64,000 bases of DNA from a virus. The stretch spans positions 78,722 through 142,721 of the IMG/VR virus record IMGVR_UViG_3300025648_000012. The stretch is one strand, 5' to 3'. Of this stretch, positions 63,822 to 64,000 are shown one piece after another. Each line of letters begins with the position of its first letter. Position 1 is the stretch's first letter. The notes below the pieces were generated by a model that worked only from the letters and a program-made list of their open reading frames with translations, was not told the DNA's origin and searched no databases. The position numbers and the translations under genes are program-made.

Positions 63822-63905
63822 ATGAACATATTTTATCTAAGTAAGAATACAAAGCTATGTGCTAAGTACCATTGCTATGTGCTAAGTACCATTGCTATGT
63901 GCTAA
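63822..63905 (+). pseudogene. 5' end of a pyrimidine-dimer DNA glycosylase-like (DenV-related) gene broken by a tandem repeat
   Basis: GGGAG plus ATG 63822 gives MNIFYLSKNTKLCAKYHC, matching the MNIF.L......A..HCDKHV.KM family start, then derails into the repeat. Confidence 0.65.
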
Positions 63906-64000
63906 GTACCATTGCTATGTGCTAAGTACCATTGCTATGTGCTAAGTACCATTGCTATGTGCTAAGTACCATTGCTATGTGCTAAGTACCATTGCTATGT
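63854..64000 (+). repeat. 20-bp tandem repeat (more than 7 copies, runs off the window)
   Basis: GCTATGTGCTAAGTACCATT. Confidence 0.95.

Noticed and set aside
63574-64000. CRISPR array
   Set aside because: The repeats are head-to-tail with no unique spacers, and there are no cas genes in the window.

Overview
A 64-kb piece of an AT-rich, large contractile-tailed (myovirus-type) dsDNA phage genome. Essentially every credible gene is on the + strand. From left to right: (1) 1-15 kb, replication and recombination: C-terminus of a family A DNA polymerase, DUF4406, ThyX, phosphoribosyltransferase, SbcC/Rad50-like ATPase, clamp-like protein, UvsY-like protein, SF2 helicase, DnaB and primase. (2) 15.1-23.0 kb, a 7-deazaguanine cluster (QueD, DpdL-like T-fold protein, QueE, FolE, TGT/DpdA-like transglycosylase) with no QueC, interleaved with GalE, a GT-B glycosyltransferase and a kinase/nucleotidyltransferase fusion. 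(3) 23-28 kb, SWIM protein, sigma-like factor, SSB with a very long charged tail, RecA/UvsX and dUTPase. (4) 28.8-36 kb, TerL, HNH, RuvC, Acb1-like protein, MmcB-like nuclease and portal. (5) 37-60 kb, baseplate, spike, PAAR, lytic transglycosylase and tail fibres, with NHL beta-propeller blocks inserted at several sites. (6) 60.5-64 kb, RNase H, a perfect sigma70 promoter, an ORF-free, highly base-paired segment of about 1.2 kb that looks like a large structured ncRNA, and three tandem-repeat blocks at the window edge. Major capsid, sheath and tube genes were not recognised here. The two strongest candidates for new biology are the large structured RNA and the QueC-less deazaguanine-plus-sugar DNA modification cluster. 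All family calls come from motif recognition by eye; no database search or folding program was run.
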